64,000 bases of DNA, taken from the IMG/VR virus record IMGVR_UViG_3300025117_000034; one strand, written 5' to 3'. Shown one piece after another: positions 63,860 through 64,000 of the stretch. The first letter of the stretch is position 1; each line of letters starts with the position of its first letter. The DNA is from a virus. Its lineage: Duplodnaviria > Heunggongvirae > Uroviricota > Caudoviricetes. The notes under the pieces were generated by a model. The model was not told the DNA's origin. It made no database searches and saw only the letters and a program-made list of their open reading frames with translations. The position numbers were made by a program, and so were the translations under genes.

Positions 63860-63888
63860 ATTGTACCCCTACTCCAACCAGCTTTAAA
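63860..63888 (-). promoter_or_regulatory. Possible SigA-type promoter TTTAAA-N17-TACAAT
   Basis: Minus strand tttaaa gctggttggagtagggg tacaat, upstream of 63822. Confidence 0.4.
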
Positions 63889-63893
63889 GGTGT

Positions 63894-63998
63894 CTAGTCA
63901 AGATTGTTTATCAAGAGTAAAAGAAAAGCCAGCAAGAACCCATCTGCTCTTCCGCAGCATATACTTACAATACACAGAGCTAAGCACATCAAGTATAC
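63894..63998 (-). CDS. Partial hydrophobic protein entering from the window end
   Basis: ...VYLMCLALCIVSICCGRADGFLLAFLLLLINNLD*. Confidence 0.3.
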   Translation of the reverse strand, partial: VYLMCLALCIVSICCGRADGFLLAFLLLLINNLD

Positions 63999-64000
63999 TA

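Noticed and set aside
1-64000. Stop-codon reassignment
   Set aside because: Conserved genes are full length in the standard code and end in TAA, TAG or TGA; no suppressor tRNA seen

Overview
A 64-kb slice of a large, contractile-tailed (myovirus-type) dsDNA phage. SigA-type promoters with TGTG-extended -10 boxes, an Amidase_3 endolysin and an SH3b tail domain suggest a Bacillota host. There are three blocks. (1) A leftward block (1-16.6 kb) holds terminase, a sigma-region-2-only protein next to a Mor-like activator, and a replication/recombination module: DnaX-like ATPase, TOPRIM-only primase, SbcD, a two-gene SbcC, RecA, two HU-like proteins, a ligase-fold protein lacking its catalytic Lys, and an AT-rich non-coding stretch. 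(2) A rightward block (16.7-57.7 kb) holds an alphaCTD-like protein, 3 tRNAs, a stand-alone primase Zn-finger, family A DNA polymerase, accessory enzymes, an endolysin, probable head-associated proteins and a T4-like neck/sheath/tube/baseplate/fibre module. (3) A leftward block (57.8-64 kb) holds DnaB helicase, a degenerate loader, a SNF2 helicase, an Ntn-protease and a MycE-like methyltransferase. No portal or major capsid gene, CRISPR array, reverse transcriptase, integrase, intron or intein was recognised. The strongest leads are a possible modular transcription-takeover set (sigma2-only + Mor-like + free alphaCTD + TTATACA late promoter), a recurrent ESAP(P) peptide motif in unrelated proteins, split primase and SbcC genes, and several apparently catalytically altered replication enzymes. 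All assignments come from motif reading by eye; no database searches were run.
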